This document shows positions 16,901-31,192 of a stretch of DNA of 64,000 nt, in pieces. The notes under the pieces were generated by a model. It saw only the letters and a list, made by a program, of their open reading frames with translations, was not told the DNA's origin and made no database searches. This stretch comes from the human T2T-CHM13v2.0 reference genome, Homo sapiens. A program made the translations under genes and the position numbers. Positions within the stretch are counted from its first letter, which is position 1. Each line of letters begins with the position of its first letter. Location: NCBI RefSeq assembly GCF_009914755.1, contig NC_060925.1; one strand, written 5' to 3'.

Positions 16901-17601
16901 AAGTCTCTTTCCTTCTTTCCATCGCTGGTCCCCAGATGTCTCAGGATCCTAATGAAGTATCCAGATGAGGACTGAGATCTAGAAAGCTCTTTTTTTTTAA
17001 GTTAGATATTTGTGGGGGGTTGCCTTTGGATTTTGTTGCCCACCGTTAAGTGTATTTCAAGGGGACACTACATCTGCCCTGCACATTGTAAGTCCAGAAT
17101 ACCATGCAGCTGGCCTACTTGAAAGGGAGCCTTCACAGGCTGAACTACACAGGCAGCACCAGTCCTGAGGATGAAAAAGCCACCATAGCAAATGAATTAG
17201 GTCAGCGGCTTTCCTAATGTCTAGAGGCAGCAGAATCTTCCTACAGTGGGATTTTTTAATGGTTTTTTTCTCCTGGTTTTTGTAGTGTGTGTGTGTGTGT
17301 TTCCTTTCTCACTGAACTCCTGGAGGCTGGACAAGACACAGGATGATAGAATAGAAGGAAAAAGAAGGAGACATTATAAGTACATGCCCCAGTACCAAGT
17401 TCTTTGCAAGGAATCTCTGGAGACGACTGGTGGAACTCATGGGGTTGGCAGAAAACTACTGACTTTGCATGGCCAACACTCATTGGTTCATTCATGCATT
17501 CAGGAAGCATTTGCTGAGGGAGGCTGACAGCTCCCTGGGAGATGTTAATACATGACATAGCCCCAGTCCCTACATTCTAATGAGTTGTTCCAAATAACAA
17601 G

Positions 17602-18210
17602 TGTTGGGACTCAGAAAACAATACCCCAAAAGGAAGGCTTAGCCTCAGAAGCAAAAGTTTTTCTCTGATCTTCTCCTGCCCTCCTATCTCTTGCCCCTCA
17701 TTCTCCCCGAGGCCAGCCATAGAAACCAGAATCCCTCTTCCCCAAGGCGGATATAAAAACCAGAACCCCTTTTCCCCAAAGCCAGCCATAAAACCTAAAA
17801 TACAACTCTAGCTTTCCTTCCACCTTTCTGTGTAAAAACTGGCCATAAAGACCTCATCTAACCTATCTTATTTGACTGTAGGTCATAAGATCCCCACTCC
17901 AGAAAGGATCCTGTCCCATACCCAGAAGGAAGGAATGCTGCATGGATGCCTGGAAGAATCTAGGCAGACAGGCCTTGCTGCGCTTTCCACTCAGTCTAGT
18001 CTAGCATTCCATCAGACCCTTTTTGTCCAGTCATATTTCTATGTGACTATCCATACTGTCTTGAACCTAAGTGTAAAAGTGGACAATTTCCCCTCTATCT
18101 TTGGGTCTTCATTCTGAAGGCTCCTGGGTATACACGTTAAATAAATGTGTATGCCTTTTTTCCTATTAATCAATCTTCTTCATGTCAGTGATTTTCCAGT
18201 GAACCTTTGG
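17602..18210 (+). mobile_element. ERV1 solo LTR (LTR29-like, MER4 group)
   Basis: tgttgggactcagaaaacaataccccaaaa start; tgggtcttcattctgaaggctcc...ataaatgtgtatgcc 3' motif. Confidence 0.7.
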
Positions 18211-18247
18211 GAAGAAATGCTGGCTCAATTAGAAATAGAAATTTGCA

Positions 18248-18693
<446 letters not shown>

Positions 18694-21169
18694 TCATGAA
18701 GCCACACACACCACACTTTGTTTCCTTGCAGGGATCCAGTCCCTCCCCTGAGAATGCAGGCTCCTGACTTCTGATCTCCCACACCCTCGGTGCTATGCAG
18801 TGTTAGCCCAGTATCTGGCTCACAGCAGTCCTAGTGAGCATCTCTTGGGGAGTCCCCTTTACCACCTGTGTATTACAGCTTCCCAAGGATTAGGAGTAAG
18901 GGGAAGAAGCCATTTAAACAAAATTGCTTTTGAAGCACAGATGGGTTCACAATACAGAAAAAATGGTGCTTAGCAAGAAATGTTTAGGATTTGGCAGATT
19001 CTGAAGTTCATTTCACATTGTTTGATGCTTTAAACCAGCTGCTTCTCCCATTCCCTAAACATCAGCTCCCAAGAGAGCAAGTCAGCCTAGGACTCTCCAG
19101 GCAATGATATTTCCTTGGATAATATGCAACCTTTTCTGGAAGGTCTGTTCCATCAGCACTCAGCTCAGCACCCATCCAGAGCATCTCACTTCCCTTCTCA
19201 CCATGGTTTCCCTAACAATGGATTCCACACGCACATACGGCTATAGAGGGTCAGTTCAACTGAGCGTGTTTCCCAGCAATTGACACAATAGATTCCTCTC
19301 TGGGGAGCGAAGGAGTCTACTTACCTGGGATTCCCCTTGTCTCTACTGAGCCACTGGGGGCCATGGTACAAGCAGCCAATCCTAAGGACCCTCCTGCTCT
19401 CCTCTTGTTGTCCAGCTTGTTTTCTTAGTATGCGCACTACTTGGTTTATGGTGCCTGGAGAACCTCAAGCCAGCAAGATGCTTGCTCCTGACTTCTCTGA
19501 TTCCAGGGTTCCTTACTTCCTAGTCTCCACCCCTGGTTCATAAGCAGCTTGAAGGAAGACACAACCAAGACCCTACCTTTGCAACAGCTGTGAAATGGGA
19601 TCAGAGAATTCCGGTAAAAGTTTGTCAAGCTAAGTGGGATGTATCCAAGGCTTCGTAAGAAAGGAGGCTGGATCTAGCTCCAGAGCCACTTCTGGAGGCT
19701 TGGATAAGAATGGGAAAAGTAAGCCTCCCATTTGCAATTCGCAGACCCATGCTGTGTGGTCTTAAAGCCTCAGGATCAGTGAGGAGGCCCCAGGTCAAAA
19801 TCCTGGCTGAAACTGTGGGCCCAAACACATAGGCTTTCATTATGGTACAAAAAAAAATGTATCAAGTGTAGTGGGTGTTTGTTTTGGTTTTCAGAATATT
19901 AATATGGTTTAATACCGTTGTCTGGAGGGTTTAGAAGAATGACATACATTGCAGAGTTCCTGGCACCTAGCAGAAACTCAATAAATGGTAGCTATTGAAT
20001 TTCCCCCTTGTCTGTACAGCAGTAAGTCCAGACCCGCCCACTCTGGGCCTGCCTCCTTGGGAGCCTGAAGCATTTTGCAGAGGGGCTGCCCTTCCCCCGA
20101 CTCAGTCACCTCAGTGTTGGTTGTGCCCCCTGCACCTGTAACTGGGTCATCTCTTACTTATCGCCCTCACTCAGCAGAAGAAATCAAATGAGTGTTAATT
20201 CAGAGCTGGGTTCGTCAAAACTACTGCTCTTTTCTGGTGTGCTTTATTTAAGTGTAAGCCAATCCAAGCTTACCATGGGGTTTCTGTGTAACTGAGAGTT
20301 CCCAGTGCTTTGTGGCAGGGCTCGCATTCATTCCAGACAAAGCATAATGAACCACAATCTCACATTACCTAATCACATGGAGGCAGCGCGGATCACAATG
20401 CCGCATTTGGCATTTCTGTGGTGCGCTCCATCTGAGGAGCTCAAAGGGCTTAAAGAAAACCCTTTCTTTATTTGGGAAGTATTATTATCTGGGTTTTACA
20501 GAGAGAGATACCGAGAGGTGAAGTGACCTGCTTTAAGACCACACAGCACGACGTCTCTGGGCTGAGATGGAGCCCAAGCAGCTGACAGGCGCTCCTTGGC
20601 CAGACATCACAGGCTCAAAACAGAAAGCTGCTCCCACAGAGCCTGTCCTCACCAGGCCCCGTGGGGGACTCACGGCGGAGACCGAACTCAATAGCAGAGA
20701 CGAAGACAGAGGGAATTTAAAAGCATCAGCCAGAGGAAAGGTGTGCAAAGACCTGGCTCAGCCTCAAGAGAGCTGACTGCAGGATGAGACTTGCTCAGAT
20801 AGAACATGAAGCCATGAACTCTGTTCAGCAGATGTTTCTCCAGCTTTCTTCATGGATTGACCCCCAGAGAGAATCCTTTTATCACCTTGCTTCTCTGTGA
20901 CAACATTATTTTTAGTAGTAGCCATGAAACGAAACAACAAAAATAATGGATAGAAGAGGAAAGCAGTGATATTTCTCTCTTACTGACCCTTCTGTGGATG
21001 GTTATGCCCATAAAATAGAAAAATAAATAATACAGTAAATATTACAGTCCCAAAAAAGTAGTAGATTAGCACCTTTAACTACATTTTTGTAGTTAACTTT
21101 TTTTTTTTAAAGGAAATACGCTTAGAGTTAAATATTGGTCTATTGTAGTCATGAGGAATGACATCATGG

Positions 21170-21530
21170 TCTCTGTTTTTAACACTTAACTACTTTAATT
21201 TGTCCATGACCTAGAAGAAAAATTGATCTTCATCGTTTCATGTTCATTGAGCAGTTGTCCATCTACTTTTGTTCCTGGTTAATCACAGAACACTGTTTAC
21301 TGATTTTAATTTTGAAAAGCGTCTTTCACATAAAGCAATAGACACATAAATTGTTACAAAAAATCTTAAGCAACAGAATATGTATGGCAAAGATTCATCA
21401 AAGTCCAATTTTACAATAAATTCTATAAATTGCAATAGTGCCCACATCTCTGTTTCTCCAGGATCGATTTTGTTGTCTTTCAAATGTCTCCATGGCTGAA
21501 AATTATGAACACAAATAAAAATGCCAAGTG
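21170..21530 (-). mobile_element. hAT DNA transposon relic (Tip100/Zaphod-like), transposase C-terminal dimerisation domain
   Basis: Track ORF 21283..21483(-) ...SLPYIFCCLRFFVTIYVSIALCERRFSKLKSVNSVL matches the hAT dimerisation motif SxAxxERxFSxLK. Confidence 0.7.
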
Positions 21531-22409
21531 ATTACACAGATTGGCAGAACTGGAGTAACTCAAGTTTTATATAAAGACACACAGAGAGACAATATCGTGG
21601 TAAAATATACAAAAATAAAGCAAATTGAGAGCTTGGGAAGAGAAGTAAGAGGGAGAAGCCAAGCCAGGGAGGGAAAGGCACCTTCAGTTATCTGCACACT
21701 GACATAGTTGCTATGGTTGGACCGTAAAGTTAGCTCAACAGTCCAGGCTTCCTGGCACCCGAAGAAAAAAGGGAGATGTGGCCAGTCATGCCATTCATAT
21801 TGACGGAAAAGCAGCCACTTTGGGAGAGCCCGAAGAACAGCCTGGTGAACCCATGTGGAAGCTTCCATGCAGGGGCTGGCCGAGCCCACGGAGGGATGTC
21901 AGGAGCTACAGCACACTTGGATTCTGTTTGTTTTCATTTTGGTTTCAGACCAGGAGAAGGTGAACTTGAAAAAGAGGTCCCAGATGCCCTGTGAACAACC
22001 GTTAGAAAGTAAGTGATTTAAAAGATTAATTTTACTAAGAAACTAGAAAATTTGTGTTCAACACATTTTAGAACTGAGATTAGATAAATGGCAATGCTTG
22101 ACTAGATCCAGAATAATGAAGATGATGAAGAAGAGAGCTGGAGAGCAAGAGGGCTTCACATTCCTTTTCAACTCCGCATTTGGCGGCCTGTACTCCAACA
22201 TGGCAACTCCCCCTGCCACGCAGCGGTGTGGGCTCTGGAGTCTGGGTGTGCACAGACCTGTGCCTAAATCCTGGTTCCAGGGGATGTCCCCTGGTGGTAA
22301 GGATAGATTGGCTTATCAGACGCCCTTCGTGCCAAGAACACTGGATAATGTGGACAAAACATCTTTTTCAAATCTATTTGAAGGCATCAAAAACCACCAG
22401 CTAATAGTA

Positions 22410-22542
22410 GCCTGTAGTCCCTGCTACTCAGGAGGCTGAGGTGGGAGGGTCACTTGAGCCCAGGAGTTTGAGGCCAGCCTGAGCAACATAGCAAGACCTC
22501 TGTCTCCTAAATAAATGAATAAGAATTTAAAAAAAAAACAAA
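22410..22542 (+). mobile_element. FLAM / Alu monomer
   Basis: gcctgtagtccc...cacttgagcccaggagtttgaggccagcctgagcaacatagcaagacc plus A tail. Confidence 0.85.
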
Positions 22543-23084
22543 CTACTAACGCAATGAGAAACTAAGGCACTAAGATCCCAGAAACAAGGCGTGAGCGGAG
22601 AGGTGCCAGCCACTTTTCTCCTTGGTGTGCATGGATTCCCCAGCAGTGGCTCGGAAACTGAGAAGTTGAGCAGAGTTGCCAGGACTCTCATGGGGCTGAG
22701 GCACAGAAAGGAATTCAGAGCCCAGCAAGGAGGAAGAGCTGGGTTAAATACCACTGGTCTTCTGTTGAGACTCCCCACAAAGGGGTGATCCAGGAAGAAC
22801 TCAGCCTGCAGAAAGCCTGAACCATCTTTAAAGAGCTCAGTTCTTGGTCGGATTAAGGTGATGTAAAATGAACTAATACATATCTAAACAACCCATGAGT
22901 CAAAATAAGAATTACCGTGGAAATTAGGAAATATTTCAATAAAAAGGTAATAAAACTAAAACATATCAAAATGTAAGGGATGCAGCCAAAGAATGCTTAA
23001 GAGAAATTTAAAACCTTGAATGCTTTACAAGAAAAGAAGAAAAGATGAAGAAACAATGAACTAAGTTTCCATCTCAAGATTTTA

Positions 23085-23568
<484 letters not shown>

Positions 23569-25182
23569 TTAATTTTTTTTAAGAAGAGTCCCAAATATTA
23601 TCAGGAATGGAAAGGAAGCCCTAACAATAGCATCTGTGGCTCCTAAATAAGACAAAAAGCTGTTCAGAACCAATTTATGATGATAAATGTTTAAATCTAG
23701 GTGAAATAGACAAATTCTTTGGAAAACACAGCTTATTAAAACTGACCCAAATAAAAAAAGAATATCTGATATAATAGCCTTGTACCTATTAAAGAAATAA
23801 AATCCATAATGAAAAACCTTTCCACCAAAACAAAAACAAAAACAAACCTCCAGGCCCAGATGGCTTCACCAGTGAATTCTTCAAAACCTTTAAAGATGAA
23901 ATAACATCAGTCTTTACAAAAGCTCTTCTAGAAAATAAAAATGACTTCTTGACTCATTTTTGAGAGCTTTATAACCTTAATACCTGACAAGGAAAGAAAA
24001 TGGTGATTTCTTTCTCCTGAACATGGATGCTAATCCTAAACAAAATGTTATCAAACTGAATTCAGCAATATATAAACAGGACAATACATCACAAACAAGA
24101 TGATATTTTTTTCCAGAAATGCAAGATTATTTCAGTGTTCGGAAATCAGTCTATGTAATTTACCACAGTAACAGAATAAAGAAGAAAATCGTTGATCAGC
24201 TCAATAGATTCAGAAAAGGCATTTGATAAAATTCAACCCCTGGCGATAGTAAAAGGAAAAAAGAAGTATTTAGGAAAGTACGACTAAAAGGGAAATGCCT
24301 TAACATGATAGAGTATCTACAAAAAAACCCTCCAGCAAATATCATATAAATGTTCAAATTTGATACTTTTCCCCTAATACTGAGAATAAAAGAAAGATGC
24401 TTCCTATCTATCACCACTTCTATTCATTATTGTATTGGAGGTCCTAGCCTTTGCAGTAAAGCAAGAAAACAAATAAAATTTTAAGAAATAGAAAGAAAAA
24501 AAACTGCCATTATTGACAGACTATATCATTGCATATGCAGAAAATACAAAATAATTTATAGAAAAACTAACAGAATTAATAAGTAAATTCAGCAAGGTTC
24601 TTGGATTGAAATATCAATATACAAAGTCAGTTGTACTTATATATAACAGAAACAAAAACAGAATCAAAAAAGAAAACATTGAAAAATTGGACTACATTAA
24701 AATTTGAGTCTTCTTTTCACCAAAAGATACTATTAAGAATGAAAAGAAAAGCCATAGAGAAGACGTTTACAATCCATATAAATGACAAAGGATTCATAAC
24801 CGGAAAATATAAAGAACTCCTACAAATCACCTGGAAAGACAGAAAACCCAGTAGAAAAACAGGCAAGAGACCTGAATAAGCCAGTAGATATCCAAATGGC
24901 CAATAGCATTTGAAAAGCTGCTCAATTTCATTAGTCATCAGGGAAATGCAAACTGAAACACATTCATCAGGATGGCAAAAGTAAAAAGAGACCAACAGTA
25001 TCAAGTGTTGGTGAGGATGTGGATCCCCCAGGACTCTCATAGCTGAAAGTGAACTGGTACAGCCACTTTGCAAAACTATGTAAACAGTATCTACTAAAGC
25101 TGAAAATCCACACACCTTATGACCCATCAATTACATTTCTTGGTATATCCTATGCCGAAATATGTACACCAAGACACATGTA

Positions 25183-25594
25183 CAGGTGACCCTTGAGCAA
25201 CATGGGTTTGAACTGCGTGGGTCCACTTATACACAGATTTTCCTCCACCTCTGCCATCCCTGAGACAAGACCAACCCCTCCTCTTCCTCCTCCTCGTCAG
25301 CCTACTCAATGTGAAGACGGTGAGGATGAAGACCTTTATGATGATTCACTTTTACTTAATGAATAGTAAATATATTTTCTCATTCTTATAATTTTCTTAA
25401 AAGTATTTTCTATTTTCTAGCTCACTTTACTGTAAGAATACAGTATATACATTCAAAATATGTGTTAATCAATTATTTATGTCATCAGTAAGGGTTCTGG
25501 TCAATAGTAAGCTATTACTAGTTAAGTTTGGGAGAGCCAAAAGTTATACATGAATTTTTTACTGCTCCGACCCTCATTGTTCAAGGGTCAACTA
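25183..25594 (+). mobile_element. Tigger2a (MER28) TcMar DNA transposon
   Basis: TIRs caggtgacccttgagcaa / ttgttcaagggtcaact after TA; internal cagcctactcaatgtgaagac...gacctttatgatgat. Confidence 0.88.
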
Positions 25595-26061
25595 TCCAAG
25601 AACATTCCAAGTAGCATTATTTGTCATGGGGCAAAATTAAAATCTACTCAAATAACCAGCAAAATGAAAAATGTATAAATAAATTGTGATACATTCATAC
25701 TATGAACATCTTTATAGCATTAAAAATGACCAAACTACTTGTACATGAATGACATTAGATCAACATTACAGATGTCATACTGAGTGGAGAAAAAAGTCAG
25801 ACAAAAGGAACATATAATGTAGAATTCTGTTTTTATAAAATTCACAAACTAGCCATCTAATACTCGGTGACAAAAATGGTCACCATTGGGGAAGAGGAGG
25901 TTATTGGAGAGGGTCTGGGATTTTTCTGAGGCTGGTAATAGTCTAGCTCTTGATTTGGGTGGATGGTTACACAGGTATGTTCACTTTTATGATAACCCAC
26001 TTAGTTGTACACTATGCCTGTCTTTATGTACATAATACTTCAATTTTTTAAAGTTTATTTA

Positions 26062-26230
26062 CTAGCTAGCTGTGTGATAGTGGCAAGGTACTTAACCAGC
26101 AGAAGTCTCTGACCTCATCCATAAAACTGATATAAACATGACTGCTTCAAAGGATTGCTCTGAAATATAAATGAAATAATGTAGGTGAAAAGCTTAGCAC
26201 AGGTCCTGGCTGATAAACAATAGTACTTTA
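26062..26230 (+). mobile_element. MIR
   Basis: tactagctgtgtga...ggcaaggtacttaacc...aaagcttagcacaggtcctggc. Confidence 0.65.
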
Positions 26231-26388
26231 TAATCACCATTGAGGAGTTTATTTTATTGTTTATTTCCGGGATTATCAGGGTTTGGCCACTTGCAGACAG
26301 CAGCCAGGTCTCTTCCTGGCACACCTGTCAGCAGCAAACCTGAGATTTTTCAAGGCCTCCTGGGATACCAGCCTCAGGCTGTGTTTAG

Positions 26389-26643
26389 GGCTTGGTGTGG
26401 TGGCTCACGCCTTTAATACTAGCACTTTGGGAGACCGAGGTGGGCAGATCACTTGAGGTCAGGAGTTTGAGACCAGCCTGGCCAACATGGTGAAACCCCG
26501 TCTCTACTAAAAATACAAAAATTAGCCAGAAATCTCTTGAACCCAGGAGGCAGAGGTTGCAGTGAGTGGAGATGGTACCACTGCACTCCAGCTTGGACAA
26601 CAGAGCAAGACTCCATCTCAAGAAAAAAAGAAAAAGAAAAAAA
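26389..26643 (+). mobile_element. AluS (Sz-like) lacking the first part of the right arm
   Basis: aaaattagccagaaatctcttgaacc junction; TSD gtgtttag. Confidence 0.9.
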
Positions 26644-26730
26644 CCGTGTTTAGAGGCCCCCGGTCCTCACACTTGCAGAGGCTCCCCTCCTAATACCAAG
26701 AGTGTTGGGGGATCGAACAGCTTGGAGATG

Positions 26731-26882
26731 GAGATTGAGCTTCCGTTGTCCAGACAAGTTCATGCCTCTGTGACCCCCCCCTTCCCAGAGGTAGGCCTTT
26801 AGGATGCTGAGATTGAGCTTCTGTTGTCCAGACAAGCTCATGCCTCTAGACCCTGCTTCCCAGAGGCAGGCCTTTAGGGTGC
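26731..26882. repeat. Two-copy tandem duplication, period 78 bp
   Basis: gagattgagcttc(c/t)gttgtccagacaag(t/c)tcatgcctct...cttcccagagg(t/c)aggcctttagg at 26731 and 26809. Confidence 0.9.
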
Positions 26883-27351
26883 CCCAAGGCAGGAAAATGC
26901 AATCATGCGATCCAGAGGAAGTCCCATAGAGCTGAGGCATCCCTGAGAGAGGGAGGGAGTTCAGGCACCCGCCCCTGCAGCCCCTCAGCCTCAGAGAAGG
27001 GAGAAGGGAGAGTGTCCAAGGCAAACCTGACCTGAGGCTTTGGGTGGCAGGGGAGTGCATAATGAATGCCTCGCTGGAGCACCTCAGTGATAATGTGGGT
27101 ATTGTGGGGGCATCCCGAGTGGCACACAGACTCCATTCATCCTGTGCACAAACAGGACTCTGCAGACCCAGCTGCTTCTCTGGAAGCCATGGGAGGTTAT
27201 TAAATATGAGCTACAGCTGCTTTTTTGCCAATTCACATTTTGTAAAGGCTCATGTTGTTTTTGCTCTTGCCTTTTTGACTTAGAGCCCCTGTCTTGGACT
27301 TGGCTTTGTCCAGGTATTTCTTCATTTTGAGAGACAGCATCTTCAAATGCA

Positions 27352-27528
27352 GACATTGCCCAAATCTTTCCTGATTATAAAAATCACCTGGGTTTCTGTT
27401 AAAAATACAGATTTCTGGGCCTCAACCCAGACACGCTAAATGCAATGTCTAAGACTGGGGCTCTAGGAACTTATAGTTTTAAAAAGAGTACCAGGTGATT
27501 CTTATAATTATTCAAATTGGGAAACCAT
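27352..27528. mobile_element. MER5-family hAT-Charlie MITE
   Basis: aatcacctgggtttctgttaaaaatacagatttctgggcc...ccaggtgattctt...ttgggaaacca. Confidence 0.7.
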
Positions 27529-29629
27529 CCTTCAACCTGGTTCCTTCAAATTCCAGGGAATCTCCTCTGGTAACTGTTCCCATTTGGGCTCCCTTTACTT
27601 TCTTCCATTTTTTTTTTAAACTCAAATTTCTCTTTTTCTATGCAATAAGCTCTTCATAGTAGTTCCACGTTCTATCCACCCCAAGTTTCTTACCCTTTCC
27701 TTTTGTTCAGGCTCAACACCTCAAACTCTAAAGCTGTGGTACCCTCTCTGCAATTCCCATGATGCTGAGATAATGCCCCAAGCCATGGCTTCTCACTCCT
27801 ATGGGGATTGGGGGCAGGAGGAAATCTGGCTAAATGACATATTATTTAACTCAAATTAAGGTGGATTTCTTTTGAAAACTATCCAATGATTGATAACACC
27901 CAGAGGTAACTCAAAGCCGTTCTGCAAAATCACTACAAACTTCCAAAACAGTATTTTGAGAGTTACAAGCACTACCAATAACCTTGCCTTAAAACACCAC
28001 AATATGCCATTTAAGAGTATTTTTTCTGGTCAGTATTTCTCCATAATCCTTTATCCAGGGGCCACTGCTCAGAATTTGGAGTTAGAACATCTGAGTCTTG
28101 TCTGAGTTCTGATTTCAATGTGTGGTAGGAGATATCTCCATCTAATTGGGTTTCTTCATATTTCGTATACACTGATGATAATTTCATATACACTGATGAT
28201 AATGGCTTACCTGTTTTCCAGAGTTCTTGATCATCTCGTGGGGCTGTAGAAAGAGCCCAGAGCGTGGATGACAGGGGTTTCATTGAATGAATGAACGAGT
28301 GACTGAATGAATGAGGTAATGGGTGCCACATCAAGAAAGGCAGTTTTACTAAGAATAATTAGGAACAAATGTTGGATCTTTTTTAAAAAAATAAATCCCA
28401 TAAGGTGTGAGGCTGAGATCCTGTGAAGTGGTGCCGAATTTGGAGGCAGAGTCCTGCCAGGAGAATGTTCTTCTCTGCTGGTGTCTGTGCTGACCCTCTG
28501 CTCAATCTGCTAGTTGCCCAAAAAGACACGTTGGTGATCTTCACTTGAGTTTCTGCTTCTTTTGTCTTTCAGAGTATTGTTGGATCCGGGCTGCCAGGAA
28601 GCAGAATTTGATGACAGCTTTTGGGTTTGACTTGCCAGTGAGCACGTTTGGCTGGGTGTAGGGCTTCCGTGGTGTAGCTGGCCCATGGCCTTGAATTTCT
28701 TCCAGTGGGCCCACTGCATTTCCCAAATGGACTCTTGCAAAGGGCATCTTACAAGTCAGAGAGTGTGTGTAAGTGTACGTGCATGCACATGTAGAGAACA
28801 GACCTCCTCTTGGATGTCCGGCCTTTAAAACGACATCAAATCATCCTCGTCACCATCTGCAAATATGCCTTGAGCACTCAGTATATGCAAAGCACCGTTC
28901 TAGATGTTATGAGGAATGCAACAAAATAGAGTTCCTTCCATGGCTTTCAGAAATTTATAGACTCGGTTAGGCAGATAAAATCAATAATATCCCATTTATA
29001 TCAGTCTGGTTTCTTGGTTGCATGCCTTAGAAATCAACTCTGGTTAAGCTGTATTCCAGGTGGGAGGACCTGATAAGCCCTCTTCCAGGTGGCACCAGAT
29101 GTATGTGTCCAGAATGGAGCTTGAGGAAGTGAATCATGCCTGGAAAAGGGTGTGTCTAAGGACCCAAGAGGGAAAGTGTGCACTCGCAGAATGTGACTAC
29201 AAAAAAATATGTAGAACAAATGCTCATCTTTGAAGAAGTGTGAAGGAGAGTGTTTTGACTAGTTGAAACTTATGGAGCTGAAAGAGCAATTTTAAGAGGA
29301 TGCGAAGGAACTGTTCACGTATGACCCCCTCACTGCCCAGAAATCACAGATGCAAGCCCCCACTGGACACAGAGGGCAGGGTGGGGCCCAATGAGCAGGA
29401 TGGCACTGATGATGATGGTTGAGAGCCTGGCCTCTGAGAGCAGAAATGAGTGTGCCTGCAAAAGAACTCCTTGCCCTTCAGCAAGAAAGGCACATGGTGC
29501 CAGCAGAAAAAGAGGCAGGACCCAAAACGCTTACTTACCTCAATTCGTTGTTCTGTAAAATGAAGATTCTGGACCCTTCCCTGCCAAAAGCAAATGGATG
29601 TTGATAATAAACCAAGATAAGATTAGTAT

Positions 29630-29830
29630 AGAGAAAAGAGTGCAGTATATGAGAAGACATGGGATCTGGTGCTACAACCATGATTTACTAGCTATGCGAC
29701 CTTGGGCAAGGCATTTAACTTTTCCAAGTCTATTTGCTCTTCAATAAAATGAAGTTGGTAATTCTGGGTAGGTAGAGAACAATTGAGATACAATGCATGT
29801 GAAACTCTTTGACAAATTATATAAAGTGCA
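29630..29830 (+). mobile_element. MIR
   Basis: tttactagctatgcgaccttgggcaaggcatttaac core. Confidence 0.7.
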
Positions 29831-29923
29831 CTGCCAGGGTAAGGAACTATGCTTATTCTCCTTTAAAAAATGCATGTGGATGTTGTTATCAGTAAACGAC
29901 CATGAAGAGTTTTAAGGATGTTC

Positions 29924-30293
<370 letters not shown>

Positions 30294-30979
30294 TTACACT
30301 CAGGCTGCTGGCCTGCCCTGCAAAGGTTCTGCTGGGACTCTGCTTGTCTCCAGAATAAGCCAGTGGCCAGAGAATCCTTTGAGCCAACCTCTCCGTGGGC
30401 CGGCATGGAGGTGATAAATCTTTTGTATTGACCCAGGAGAAAGCCCCAGCAACAAAGACCAATTTATTTTCTTAGTAAATCACAAAATGTTCCTGCAGCA
30501 AACTCCTGGGACTATGCAAAGCATCACAGTCCCTAGGAGGAAAAAGGGATGGGCTGGCTGGACGGGAGCTGAAATATGTCCATCTGGCCCAGTGAATGTC
30601 AGAGTGCACCCCAGCTGACCACATGAAACAGTCTCTATGAAATGCAGATGTTTGGTAGGGTTGGGTGTTGCTTCCCCCGCAATTTAAAAGCCTTCCATGC
30701 CTGCTGCTTACTTATAGACTTCTTCCTCCCCACACTGTTTGGCTCAGTGGGTTCGAGAGGGTGTTTTGGGGTGTTTGGATAACAGTGCATTGTGGTGGTG
30801 GGATTTATTAACAACAGCCATTCTTCCCCACTCCTGCAAGTTGCTGCCTCATAGTCCGTATTTAATGTTTAAATTAAGGTGAATTAAAATTAATTTTGTT
30901 GGAGGAATTCTGCAGCTCCCGCTTGAGATAAGTGGAGACACCCTGGGGTGATATAAAATTGAGGTTAGGAATTGCTGCA

Positions 30980-31192
30980 TTGGAGTGCTGTGCTAATGAG
31001 GTGAAGGTCAGGGGTTCAATTCCCTTGTGAAGGGAGCAGTTAATTTCACTCTCCCTCACGGCCTCAGATTCCACCCTTAACCCTGGCCGTCTGCCTCCAA
31101 GAGGAGCCACTGGTCACCAGCAGGACAAAGTGAGATAGAGGACCAGATCTATACAAATCCACCAAACCCGTTAGAATGACAACCCAAAGCAT
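30980..31192 (+). mobile_element. MamSINE1-like ancient tRNA-Ile-derived SINE
   Basis: tRNA-Ile(AAT)-like head gtgctaatgaggtgaaggtcaggggttcaattccc followed by body cacccttaaccctggcc...tggtcac...caaatccacca...acaacccaaagc. Confidence 0.65.

Noticed and set aside
28167-28203. 21-bp-period duplication of tatacactgatgataat
   Set aside because: Ordinary two-copy slippage with no further structure
30980-31030. tRNA-Ile gene
   Set aside because: Lacks the 5' acceptor and D arm and continues into a SINE body
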